Shown here one piece after another: positions 41,702 to 51,733 of a stretch of DNA of 64,000 nucleotides (position 1 is the first letter of the stretch; every line of letters begins with the position of its first letter). A program made the position numbers and the translations under genes. The stretch covers positions 3,547,617 through 3,611,616 of the forward strand of contig CAVNZM010000012.1 in assembly GCA_963693365.1 (NCBI GenBank), in the 5' to 3' direction. This DNA comes from Amoebidium appalachense (lineage: Eukaryota; Protista; Ichthyosporea). The notes beneath the pieces were generated by a model. It was not told the DNA's origin. It saw only the letters and a program-made list of their open reading frames with translations, and ran no database searches.

Positions 41702-42040
41702 ATGATGGCCGACTACGATGAGGCATCTGTAAGAGACAGACTGGCACGATTCGAAGGCGGCCAAACTGAGGTGCTTACACCCGCCGGTCGTATAGACTTG
41801 TTGACGAGCACCGAAATCATCGAAGTTAAGCGGGCATCTAAATGGAAATCCGCCATCGGGCAGGTGTTGTCCTACGGGGGGTTTTACCCCCAGCATCGCC
41901 CTAGAGTCCATCTATTCGACACAGCGCCGATCGAGGTGTACAAGGTGGCAGTTGAGACAATGGCACGTCTGGGCATAAAAGTGACAATCGAGTCCGACAC
42001 ACGATGGAGCTTCTTTGGGGTTTGCGGTCATGTCCCCTGA
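41702..42040 (+). CDS. Small PD-(D/E)xK restriction-like nuclease
   Basis: EV.TP.GRIDLLT..EIIEVK...WK.AIGQV..Y. Confidence 0.75.
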   Translation: MMADYDEASVRDRLARFEGGQTEVLTPAGRIDLLTSTEIIEVKRASKWKSAIGQVLSYGGFYPQHRPRVHLFDTAPIEVYKVAVETMARLGIKVTIESDTRWSFFGVCGHVP

Positions 42041-42048
42041 AGACTGAG

Positions 42049-42360
42049 ATGCAGCCAGTGGTGTGTGATCTTCCTGACATCACTCTCTGTCGTGACGACT
42101 ACGTGTTGTTTCTCAAGAGTTTGGTCAACGATGGTGACACTCCACACATCAAGGACGGCTCAACCACCGATTCCGCATCACTTTTACCCGCTTTCCAGGT
42201 TTGGTGCCAGAAAAACGGCAGAAACCACAGCAAGGCTAGTGTCAACACTATGGGCAGGACCCTCAGGCAGGTGCTCGGAGATCGTGTGAGTGTTTATGTG
42301 CCGGGATCCACAATCGCAAAAGGGTACAGGGTATCCTTCGCAAAAATACAGGCAAGTTAA
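42049..42360 (+). CDS. Second stand-alone D5 C-terminal winged-helix domain
   Basis: LFLKSL...IKDG.TT.S..L...F..W...NGR...S...MG..LR.VLG. Confidence 0.6.
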   Translation: MQPVVCDLPDITLCRDDYVLFLKSLVNDGDTPHIKDGSTTDSASLLPAFQVWCQKNGRNHSKASVNTMGRTLRQVLGDRVSVYVPGSTIAKGYRVSFAKIQAS

Positions 42361-42641
42361 AAAATTTCTACGTACCACCGCGAGGCCCAGCACATTTGTT
42401 ATGGACCACCCCGGGCCCGGGCGGGGCCTGCGTGGCCGGGAGGGCTGGGCGGGGCAAGCAGGGCGCGGGTGGCCGGGAGGGGCGGTTGAGGCACGGTGGT
42501 CTCGCAGGCGGCACGAGCCTCGCGTGCCACGCATGCCACGCATGCCACCCCCGCCACCCCCCGCCACCCAGGCCCCCAGGCCCCCAGGCGGCGCGGATGG
42601 GTGACCGAGGACGACCGATATGGACTCGACTCGGGTTGGGT

Positions 42642-43517
42642 TTATTGACGTGCCGCGGCGGCCCAGGCAGCAAACGCCGCGCGGCCATCCGCAAGCGCCT
42701 GCGCGACCTTTCCGGGGTCGACGTCCATGGGCGACGCAAACAGCCTCCGCTCCGGAGCGACCACCACGAGGCGATCTCCGAGGCGGGTGCGGAGGTTGGC
42801 GAACTCGGTGGCCGCTAGCTCGGTGCTCGAGTCACGCTGCAGCGCATAGCAGAGCTCCATGCCCGTTTTTGGCACGGATTCTGCGGGACAGTGCGCCAGC
42901 GAGTCGCACAGCACCGTGACGTAGATGCCGTCGAACCCATCTGCGGCATCCTCGAGTGCTTTGGTGAGGGGCACCAGCTCAGAGACGCCGCCGTCCAGAA
43001 ACACGGTGCCGCCGTACTCGACGGGGGGGACCGCGAGTGGAAGGGCCGAGGACGCGCGCATGCCGACCTGGTACTCGGGCCCTGTGAACCACCGCTCCTT
43101 CTTGTTGAGGAAGTCCCAGGCGACGCAGTGGCAGCGCGTGTAGATGTCCGCGTCGATGCCCTCCAGAAGCGCCGCCGCACGCTCCTGCAGGGTGAAGCGG
43201 CTGTACGCCGCCCCGTACAGCATTGACCCCACAACCGTCCTCCAGGTTTTCGGAAGCAGCGCCATTGCGCCACCCCACGGTTCCACAATGTCCTCCACGC
43301 ACTTCAGCTTCCCCAGCTCGCGCGCCAGGTCGTCCAGGCGGTCGGCAACCACGAACGGCGCCACCAGCGCGCCGACGGACGTGCCGTACACCCTGTCGAC
43401 CCGGTACAGCCCCGACGCGAGCATCCCCTGCATGAACCCGACTTGGAAGCAGCCCTTGACGCCGCCCCCGGGCAGCAGGACCCGCACACGTGTCCTGGCT
43501 TGGGAGGGTGTGTCCAT
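42642..43517 (-). CDS. Patatin-like phospholipase
   Basis: GGGVKG, GTSVG nucleophile elbow, ASSALP, LDGG. Confidence 0.92.
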   Translation of the reverse strand: MDTPSQARTRVRVLLPGGGVKGCFQVGFMQGMLASGLYRVDRVYGTSVGALVAPFVVADRLDDLARELGKLKCVEDIVEPWGGAMALLPKTWRTVVGSMLYGAAYSRFTLQERAAALLEGIDADIYTRCHCVAWDFLNKKERWFTGPEYQVGMRASSALPLAVPPVEYGGTVFLDGGVSELVPLTKALEDAADGFDGIYVTVLCDSLAHCPAESVPKTGMELCYALQRDSSTELAATEFANLRTRLGDRLVVVAPERRLFASPMDVDPGKVAQALADGRAAFAAWAAAARQ

Positions 43518-44028
43518 GTTGATGTAGCCGAGAGAAAAAACAGACATGTGCAACATGTTTCAATATTGGAAATTCCCACGACCCTGGCATGCACGGCCGG
43601 CCGGGAGGGGCGGGGCGGGGCGGGGCACACAGGCCCGGCCCGGGAGGCAGGCGTGCCGCGTGCGCTGGGGAGAAACGCGGGCCACCCCCAGCCACCCCAG
43701 CCCCCCACCGGGAACCAGTCAACACGGGGTTGGTTTGGGGTGTGTTGATTGGCCATTATGACAGCAGCGCCTGATTTTACCCTGCTTTTTCCGCAGCCAA
43801 TGAGCGTCGAACTGCATAGATCCAATTGTGTTCGATTGGAGGAATATCACGCCCGAGGGCCGAATCGGGCTCTGTGATTAGCGTCACGTGAGAGCACGGG
43901 ACCGCCGCAGCCAATGGGAGACAGGGGGAACCCCAAGCGGCTCAGCCCAAGGGTACATAAGCACAGACGGTCGTGTCAAAACCACACCCTTCCTGCAGCG
44001 CGACAAGTGGGCCATCGCATTTGCCAAC

Positions 44029-45049
44029 ATGACGCATCTTGAACGTATTCACATTCTCGGTGAGGACCGCGAGGCCAGGTTCGCCCACCACCCGGACCTG
44101 TTCTACACGCTGCACCTGCACCCCGAGGCGCCTGGCTCGATCCGCATGGGCACTGCCGCGGTCTACAGCACGAAAACTGGGGAGGAGAGGGTGTGGCCGG
44201 TCGACGTGGTCCTCTCCGGGCCGGTACCGCGGCAGTTCGTGGACGAGGCGGGGCGGTGGACCCAGCGGGACAGTCACACACCCCGCGACCCCTACCTCAT
44301 CGGGCGTGGCAGCGCGATGTGGCGTGCACTGTACGACGAGCTCCAGGCGCCGGCGCTGCGCAGCCTCATCCCCGACGACACGGGCCTCGGGTTTCTCCTC
44401 CGCAAGTGGCCCTGCCCCGACTTCGACGATGCGGACAACGACGAGGTGATCGCCGTCGAGGAGACGGAGCACATCTGGGGTGTGAGGCATGGGCAGGCGA
44501 TGGCGGCTCCGACCGTGGTTCGGCCGCTCCACCAGGTTCAAGAGCGCGAGGGTCCGCGCGGCGCCAGTGCCGGACCAGCAGTGTTCCGTGTACGCATTGA
44601 ACACGTTGGCCAGCGACGAGGCGTCCAGGACGGTAGAAATGTTTGAGGTGTGGCCGGTGCTTCATTGTGGGCAGCCCGCGCTGCGCCTGGGTCTGTACTA
44701 CGTGCTGGCCGAGCGGGAACTGGCCGAGCGCTTTCTGCCGTTGGACGTCCTCGTCCAGGGCAACTGGGTCGAGGCCAAGATCGACGAGCACGGGAGGTGG
44801 AGGGCCGGAGCGGTGGTTGGGCGAAGGGCGGTGGACAGCGAGAATGCGTTTTACCTCCAGATTTATATTGCGCTCGGTCAGCACTTCGGGTTGGGGGTGC
44901 TGTCGCGGCAGATGCTGGGCATGGACGTTACCAGAACGGAGGTGCTTCGTATTCCACCACGCAGACTGTACGAGCTGGAATTTGACGAGGACACCATGGC
45001 CATAGACTTTCCGTTCGCGGGCCACTCGTTTAAGTTTTATTATGCGTGA
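44029..45049 (+). CDS. Hypothetical protein, probably one gene frameshifted near 44490
   Basis: Two overlapping ORFs with consistent codon bias; CCAAT promoter upstream. Confidence 0.45.
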
Positions 45050-45470
45050 CAGACAGGTGAACCTGGCGGACTTGGTGATTGCGTCATTTGGTTTTGGTGT
45101 TGGCTATACAGATATATAATTGCACATCGACGTATGTATTGAGTTTGGTCATTTGCCCCCAGGATGGGTCAAAACGCGCAGCGCGCAAATAAACTGCGTC
45201 TGTAGTCTGTATTGGCATGTTTTTTTTTTTTATCTCACGCGAGCGCGCCCCGCGAGGGGCCCGCCCGTCCCGCCCGGCCAGGCACGCGCGACACGGCAGC
45301 CTGGCATGGCGCAGAGCCCCGCGGGCCACCCATGCCCCTCGGGTCCCGCCCCCATGACCACCCTCAAGCGGCAGCTACAGGACCCCAGTGGCCCCATGGA
45401 GCTGCAGTTCGAATTCCTGCGTGACCTGCTGAAGCGTCCCCATTATGTATAGCGCACATATGGCGAAAAG

Positions 45471-46754
45471 ATGGCGGGAGGCTGGCATGGACGCGGCGGC
45501 GTTCCGCAAGAGGCCCCACTTGGAGGGGGCGAATTCGGGGGGGGTACGGACGGGACTCCCGACCGAGAGGAGGATGCGGGGGCGTTCGTGCGGAAAGGGG
45601 TGGATCCATCCCTGGTGCCGAACATGCCATACAACATCCAGGACTCGATCTGGCACAAGGAGTACATGCCCATCAACAACTACGTCATGGGAAGGACCCC
45701 TCGGGCCGAGCTGCGCCAGCGCCTGGCGGAAGCAGGAAAGATCCCCAATATCGAGGCGCAAGCGCTGGGAATAGACGAAGGCGACATCGACGGGTATCTA
45801 GCGGGCTTGTACGATGAGGCCTGGCTTCGCGAGCATCTCACCAAGATCGCCAGCGCCGACAACGGCTACCACCCCGAAAGCAAGCTGGCGGTTTGGCACT
45901 CTGCGAATGGCTCCGGCAATTTCCTGAGGTACCAGAAGGGCGGCAGGGCCCACGTTGGGCTTGTGCAGTTGGCGGATCGGATCGAATCCAGGTACAACAA
46001 CGAGGACCTAAAAAGGCAGCTTCGTGACTACTACAACATCGGCGAGTCTGGGGATGTGGAAGTGGGAACCGCGGGGCTGTACAACATGGAACATGAGAAC
46101 GAACGTCTGTGGGACGCCTTCCAGGCCGTGCGTCCGCACCCGGCCGGGTTGGTCCTCTTTCGGGGGGTCAGGGGCGAGCTCGCCCGGGTCGTCAACCGGG
46201 AGCTGCAGTCGCTGGACGGCAAGTGCGAGTCGATACTGATTCACAACCGCATCTCCCTGAGCGTGAGCGCGGAAGCCCGTGTGGCTGTGGGCTACGCGGA
46301 CGAAGGACCCAAATCAGAATCTGGGGTAGTCCTAGTCCTGCGCTTTGTCGGCAGTGATGTTGTCTTCCCGGTTCTGGACCTGGCGGGGGCCGACCTGACT
46401 CAATACGAGGCCCTGCTACCACCCGGCACCATCTTCGAGGTCCAGAAATCCTCGTACAAAGCCCTATCCGACACAAACCTCTACACCAACGAATTTGGCA
46501 ACAGGCGCCCCATGCCGTCGCTCGTCGACTGCATCGTGTACACGCCGTTCAACCCCCTGTACCACGAGGTCTACGAGCGCTACGCAGCACAGCCGCTGCT
46601 GCTCGAGAGCGCGTCGGGTGTCACCGTGTGTGCCGCCCGCCCCTCCGCCCGCAGCCAACTCCCGCCCAGGACCATGGCCGACGCGCTGCAGTCCGACGAC
46701 CCGCTCCTGCATGGCGTGACCATGGCGCTCGCCGCTGTCACGGACTGGCTCTGA
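45471..46754 (+). CDS. R-S-E clade mono-ADP-ribosyltransferase (VIP2/C3-like fold)
   Basis: LVLFRGV, SLSVS, VLVL, TQYEALLPPGT.FEV. Confidence 0.75.
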   Translation: MAGGWHGRGGVPQEAPLGGGEFGGGTDGTPDREEDAGAFVRKGVDPSLVPNMPYNIQDSIWHKEYMPINNYVMGRTPRAELRQRLAEAGKIPNIEAQALGIDEGDIDGYLAGLYDEAWLREHLTKIASADNGYHPESKLAVWHSANGSGNFLRYQKGGRAHVGLVQLADRIESRYNNEDLKRQLRDYYNIGESGDVEVGTAGLYNMEHENERLWDAFQAVRPHPAGLVLFRGVRGELARVVNRELQSLDGKCESILIHNRISLSVSAEARVAVGYADEGPKSESGVVLVLRFVGSDVVFPVLDLAGADLTQYEALLPPGTIFEVQKSSYKALSDTNLYTNEFGNRRPMPSLVDCIVYTPFNPLYHEVYERYAAQPLLLESASGVTVCAARPSARSQLPPRTMADALQSDDPLLHGVTMALAAVTDWL

Positions 46755-46940
46755 GGGCCCGCTCGTCCCGCCCGGGCCCGCCCTGCGAGCCACACGAGCC
46801 TCGCGGGCCCCGCGTGCCCCCAGGCCCCGCCCTGGGTCGGGAATTTGGCGAGCAATTGGTCAATGTGACCATTTGCCGTTTTGCTTGCAACTTGGTTGTG
46901 AATGCAATCGATCGGTCAATGTGACCGGTTGCCATTTTGG

Positions 46941-47002
46941 TTGTGTGTGTGTGTGTGGGTGTGGGTGTGTATGGGTCGGGCTGTGTGTGTGTGTGTGTGT
47001 GT

Positions 47003-47057
<55 letters not shown>
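46941..47057. repeat. (GT)n microsatellite
   Basis: Imperfect GT run. Confidence 0.95.
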
Positions 47058-47060
<3 letters not shown>

Positions 47061-47208
47061 ACTAGAACATGTTAGCCAAACGCCTCGCGATTTGAGGCTT
47101 TTGAAATGCTTGTCCGTGACCACCCGCTCCAGTTGTGTGCTGCACCCTCCCGCTGGTCGGGTACAAAAGGCGCCCAGCACAAAATAAAATCGCAGTCTAA
47201 CACTGAAG

Positions 47209-48975
47209 ATGTCTTCAAACATATCTCCTCCTCCGTACACGCCCATCGGCCCCACCTGGAAGCCCGCTCCCGACCACGAGTCGCGCGTGGACACGTCTTC
47301 GGTTCCCGCGTGGCCCGGCGTGCGCCCATTCTTCGCGCCGGACGGGGAGAAGGTGCTGACGTACCTCACGAAGTTCGACGGGCACGTGTTCTTTAACGCG
47401 GGATACTCCGCGTCCCTCGGGAGCAAGGAGGCGGGTGTGCGGAAGAACCCGGTTGTGTGGAAGAGTAACAATCCGGTCGTTCTTTCGAAGACTTCTGAGT
47501 TGATGAGGACCATTCTGACCCCAGAACTGTCCTCTGATTGGTTGGTTAGATCGGCCTATGCAAACATCAAGAAACTACCCGCCGTGGGCAATCCAGATGG
47601 TTCTGTTGCCTACGCCTATGCGACTCACAACCTGGAGCCCAGCATCGAGATGTACCGCGGGACCTGGTTTGGATTCGAGCTGACAGCGCCATTTCTACGC
47701 TACTGCTTCCCCGCGCTGGGCGACTTCTGGGACGGCGTGGTGATGGGTACAAAGGCGCCCTGCACGCATCCAGACACCTCAGTCTCGCCATCGATGGCGA
47801 CGGAACACACTGATGTGATGTTGACAGGGAACGAGGTTGTCGCTAAAAAAGGCGACATCGTCCAAATCGGAAACCATGAAATCCGTGTGTGCGACGTTGG
47901 TGGTGTGAAAATGGCCAGCCTTGTCGATTATGTTATGTTGGTGAGAGCACTGGACAGATGTGCTGCAGCAAAATACATAAGTCGCCATCTATTGGATACG
48001 ACAGGGGACCAATTGGTCAAAGTGACCAATTGCTCGTTTGGTATGGGAGGGAAGTTGTCACCTGCTGTTCCGGCGACATCTCTGGTCAAACTGACCTTCA
48101 AGATTGCATCCAACGCGCGCTACGGTTCCGCGATCATTGAGAAGTGGGCCAAAGATATAGCGCGTCTGGAAGGTGGGGATGGAACACTGGTGGAGGACAT
48201 TGAGCGCAACCGTGCCACGGCACAGGCCAACCCTTCAGGACCCAATGCGTTCATGCGCGACAGCGTGAGGGGGGAGATGGATGCAGCTGGCACCCCCGAG
48301 AGGGAGCCCAAGAGACCCAGGCTAGGGGACATCACCCAGTTCATGACTAACCAGGCCGAGATGGAGACTGCCCTAAGTCTGTACAAGGAGGCCCGCATTG
48401 CCGAATCTCCTATGTACACGGAGATCGCGAGGATGCGCGAGGAGGGGGTTTTGTGTGACAAGAAGGCGGCTATTCTCCGAGAAGAGCGTTTGAAGATTGA
48501 GGCACAATGTCGTCTTCTGGCGCTTCAACCCCATGCCCCCAAGTCCGATCATGTCCCACCCGAATATGAGGATGCAAGCGAGCAGCTACGAAGGGTTACG
48601 AACTGTGTGTGCACCAAACAGCAGTCTGGTATCTACGTGTTTGTGTCTGAATACGGTGACCCGCCATGTTTGAAGATCGGGCAGAGTTTGAAGGACGTGA
48701 AGGGTCGTATGAAACAGGCAGCTACATGGCATGTCGGTCCTAACAAGCGGTTGTTGTTTGCTCTCCCGGTTCCCTCGGAGCACCTGTTTCTGGCCGAGAA
48801 GTATCTCCACACTACACTCACCCACAAGAACGTGGAGCGTGAACTCTTCCGTGTAGATTACACATCTTTTGCTAGTGCGATGCTCGAGATGGCTAGGGAG
48901 TTCATGGAGGATGATCTAATCAGAGACCTGGTTGTGAGTGTATTCAAAAGTGCGAAGGGCGATGTGTCTGAGTGA
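47209..48975 (+). CDS. Bro-N/N1R-like plus T5orf172 (GIY-YIG-like) domain protein
   Basis: IRV......ASLVDYV, LSPAV, RLEGGD.TLVEDIE; C-terminal GIYVF..LKIGQS..RMKQ..EKYLH..ELFR. Confidence 0.75.
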   Translation: MSSNISPPPYTPIGPTWKPAPDHESRVDTSSVPAWPGVRPFFAPDGEKVLTYLTKFDGHVFFNAGYSASLGSKEAGVRKNPVVWKSNNPVVLSKTSELMRTILTPELSSDWLVRSAYANIKKLPAVGNPDGSVAYAYATHNLEPSIEMYRGTWFGFELTAPFLRYCFPALGDFWDGVVMGTKAPCTHPDTSVSPSMATEHTDVMLTGNEVVAKKGDIVQIGNHEIRVCDVGGVKMASLVDYVMLVRALDRCAAAKYISRHLLDTTGDQLVKVTNCSFGMGGKLSPAVPATSLVKLTFKIASNARYGSAIIEKWAKDIARLEGGDGTLVEDIERNRATAQANPSGPNAFMRDSVRGEMDAAGTPEREPKRPRLGDITQFMTNQAEMETALSLYKEARIAESPMYTEIARMREEGVLCDKKAAILREERLKIEAQCRLLALQPHAPKSDHVPPEYEDASEQLRRVTNCVCTKQQSGIYVFVSEYGDPPCLKIGQSLKDVKGRMKQAATWHVGPNKRLLFALPVPSEHLFLAEKYLHTTLTHKNVERELFRVDYTSFASAMLEMAREFMEDDLIRDLVVSVFKSAKGDVSE

Positions 48976-49087
48976 TCACTTGGTGTCCGCGCATGCATAC
49001 CGACCCATTGCAATTGGCTGCTTGTGCGGGGCGGTGTTGGTGAACCCGCGCCTATAAAACCCACTCGCGCAAGAAAAATTCCGCAGA

Positions 49088-49744
49088 ATGGATCTCATCA
49101 GTCGCCTTCAACTACACGAAGTGCCCTACCCCCAAGGCTCGCCCGCGTGGCTGCGCGCCCGCGCATCCATGCTCACCGCGAGCGACGTGGGCGCGGCGCT
49201 GGGTGTGAATCCCTATCAGACCAGGAAACATCTCATCGAATGCAAATCTGGTCTGCAAAGACGAATCGTCGACCCCGTGTTCGTGGCATTCGGACACAAG
49301 CACGAGGCCAACGCGGCTGACGCGTACATGCGCGCGACGGGGCGCTCGTGCATCGAGCTGGGGCTGATCCGGCACGCGGAGCACCGGTGGCTGGGGGCGA
49401 GCCCGGACCGGGTGACGCTGTGCGGGCGCGCGGTGGAGATCAAGGTGCCGTACAAGCGCAAGTTCATGGACGGACAGCCGATCCCCGAGCACTATGCCGC
49501 GCAGGTGCAGACACAGCTGTTTGTGCTGGGGCTGGAGGTCGCGGACTTTGTACAGTTCGACCCGCGCGACGGGTCGCTTCGCATCGACGAGATCCCGCGG
49601 GACAAGGAGTGGTGGGCCAAGCACGGCAAGACATTGATGAGTTTTCAGGCCAAAGTGTTAGACATACGCGCAGACCACGAGCTGCAGGGATGGGAGACAG
49701 ACGATCAAGACACGGCGATTTGTCACATTCCCGACTTTATATAA
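49088..49744 (+). CDS. YqaJ/lambda-exonuclease-like viral recombinase
   Basis: QGS..W...R..LTASDV, G...E, LGASPD, EIKVP, Y..QVQ.QL. Confidence 0.92.
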   Translation: MDLISRLQLHEVPYPQGSPAWLRARASMLTASDVGAALGVNPYQTRKHLIECKSGLQRRIVDPVFVAFGHKHEANAADAYMRATGRSCIELGLIRHAEHRWLGASPDRVTLCGRAVEIKVPYKRKFMDGQPIPEHYAAQVQTQLFVLGLEVADFVQFDPRDGSLRIDEIPRDKEWWAKHGKTLMSFQAKVLDIRADHELQGWETDDQDTAICHIPDFI

Positions 49745-49997
49745 CTTGCACGGCAATGTGTGTAGATGGACACAGTCCACCGACTACACCCCGGCCCCGG
49801 CCATCAGCCGCAGTAGCGGCATCGGCAGTATATATACGACAAAGGGATGTACGGTAAGATAGAGCATCAACAGGTACCGCTTTATCAAATTTTGTTTTTT
49901 TGTGCAAGTGTGCTGGTCCGGGTGGCCAGGTGCCTGTATGGTGGGTGAAAATGGATCCTGTGACACCATGACTGCTTTATGGTTAATATATTACACA

Positions 49998-50234
49998 ATG
50001 AAGCCCAAGTATGTCAAGGGACGGTACTGTAGAAGAGACAAGCGGGTCTACCGCCGAAAGCTCCGAAACGCACGAAAAAAGTACAAAGTCCAAAAGAAAC
50101 ATCTAAGACGCATATGGGAACCATCCTATCGTGTAGTTGACTATGTGACCGGCATACCGACCATGACAACCAAAAACGGATGGGACGTCACAAGCTACGA
50201 GTACCCCCTACACTACAACATTCCCCGTATGTAG
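49998..50234 (+). CDS. Small highly basic protein
   Basis: K/R-rich ORF after an AT-rich leader. Confidence 0.4.
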   Translation: MKPKYVKGRYCRRDKRVYRRKLRNARKKYKVQKKHLRRIWEPSYRVVDYVTGIPTMTTKNGWDVTSYEYPLHYNIPRM

Positions 50235-50236
50235 GT

Positions 50237-51733
50237 CTACAAGGCCGCGGCCGCGTTGGAGGGAGGCTCGTCGTCGCCGGGGTCGTTGCGGCGATGGTGT
50301 TTGCGAGGTGTTTCTTCGTCCTCCCCGTCGCCAACACCCGCGTCCGACCTCCGCCTTTTCTGGGCGGATTGCGATTCGAACACTTCCATTAAACCCTTCA
50401 ATCGGGCGCCGACCCCGGCTTCGATGCGAGATTCTATATCTTTTTCCAGGTTTTCTTTTTCTTTGGCCAGTTCGGCAATCCTCGCCTCCTTCATTTCCAT
50501 TTTCGCTGCGTATTTCGAGTTCTTGCCTACTTCCTCCTGATAGGCCTGTGCGGTCTTTGAAATCTCCCGTTTGAGGTTGGCCACCTTCCCTATCTCGCCA
50601 GTGAGTTCCTTCTTGAGATCCGTAAGTTCCCGCTCGAGGCGTTTTCGCTCCGCTTCCTTGGTCTCCTTCAATTTCCTATTTTCGGCTTCGAGTGTGCGAA
50701 CTTTCTCTTCGAGGCCGTTGATCGTTGTCGAGTCCGCGTTGTTACGACGTGTGAGCTCCTCGATCTTCGCATCCTTTTCCGCGCTAAGCTTGTCTACGTT
50801 TTCCCTCATCTCTTTTTCTCCCGCGGCTGCGATCTTCAAGCTTTGCTTCAGCGTCGCCTTTTCCTGCTCGAGCTTAACGATCTGCGCGCGGTGCCGCTCC
50901 GAAACCATGCCGACGAGGCACGTGATGGTGGAAACAACCTGCAAAGTGGCCTCGGAGTCGCCGTCGAGTAGACCGGATAGGTCGCTCAAGGGGTCGGCTG
51001 GGGGTGGGGGTGCGGGGAGTGCGAGGCGCGCGCCCTGTCTATCGTCTTGCTCCTGTTCTTGCTGCCGCTCCTCCGCTCGCTCCTTCTCGGCATCTCGTTC
51101 TCGTTCGATCTCTCGCTCCGCTCCCTTGTTCTCCTCACGCTCTCGGTCCATGTCTCGCTCCGCTCCCTCGTTCTGTGGATCTCGATCCATCTCTCCCTCC
51201 GCTCGCACTTGCTCCTCCTCTCTCTCCGTCTCCGCTCGCTCCTCTCGCACTTGCTCCTCCTCTCTCTCCTTCTCCGCTCGCTCCTTCTCACGCTCCTTCT
51301 CTCGTTCCATCTCTCGCTCCTCTCTCACTCGCTCCTCCTCTCTCTCCTTCTCTCGCTCCTCCGCCCGCACCTTCTCCGAGTCTCGCTCCTTCTCTTTCTT
51401 GTTCTTCTCTCGCTCCTTCTCTTTCTTGTTCTTCTCTCGCTCCTTCTCTCGCCCCTTCTCCTTTCGCCCCTTCTCCTTTCCCCCCTTCTCCTTTCGCCCC
51501 TTCTCCTTTCGCCCCTTCTCCTCTCGCTCCTTCTCTCGATCTCGCTCTCTCTCTCGATTATTTCGCGCCTTCTGCTGCTGCTCCCCTCGCCGTTGACTCT
51601 GCAGCTGTTTCTGTGGCTGTTGCTGTATATGGGCCCCAGCAGGCGAATCGAACAGTCCGGTCGCGGACAATGGTCGGTGTTGCCCCGTGTGTGCCCCAGG
51701 AGAGAAGCCCCGAGACAGGGACGAGCCCTCCAA
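50237..51733 (-). CDS. Low-complexity E/R/K-rich coiled-coil protein
   Basis: 498-aa ORF with EKERE/KEKGR repeats and a heptad C-terminus. Confidence 0.6.
   Translation of the reverse strand: MEGSSLSRGFSPGAHTGQHRPLSATGLFDSPAGAHIQQQPQKQLQSQRRGEQQQKARNNRERERDREKEREEKGRKEKGRKEKGGKEKGRKEKGREKEREKNKKEKEREKNKKEKERDSEKVRAEEREKEREEERVREEREMEREKEREKERAEKEREEEQVREERAETEREEEQVRAEGEMDRDPQNEGAERDMDREREENKGAEREIERERDAEKERAEERQQEQEQDDRQGARLALPAPPPPADPLSDLSGLLDGDSEATLQVVSTITCLVGMVSERHRAQIVKLEQEKATLKQSLKIAAAGEKEMRENVDKLSAEKDAKIEELTRRNNADSTTINGLEEKVRTLEAENRKLKETKEAERKRLERELTDLKKELTGEIGKVANLKREISKTAQAYQEEVGKNSKYAAKMEMKEARIAELAKEKENLEKDIESRIEAGVGARLKGLMEVFESQSAQKRRRSDAGVGDGEDEETPRKHHRRNDPGDDEPPSNAAAAL

Larger units (their letters stand above)
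1..50234. mobile_element. Endogenous giant virus (Nucleocytoviricota) segment; left end lies outside the window, right boundary about 50.2-52.4 kb
   Basis: Dense genes with no evident introns, including NCLDV hallmarks (A32 ATPase, VLTF2, PCNA, P11-like, YqaJ, D5-like, histone doublet, KilA-N). Abuts spliced and retrotransposon-rich DNA on the right. Confidence 0.85.
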
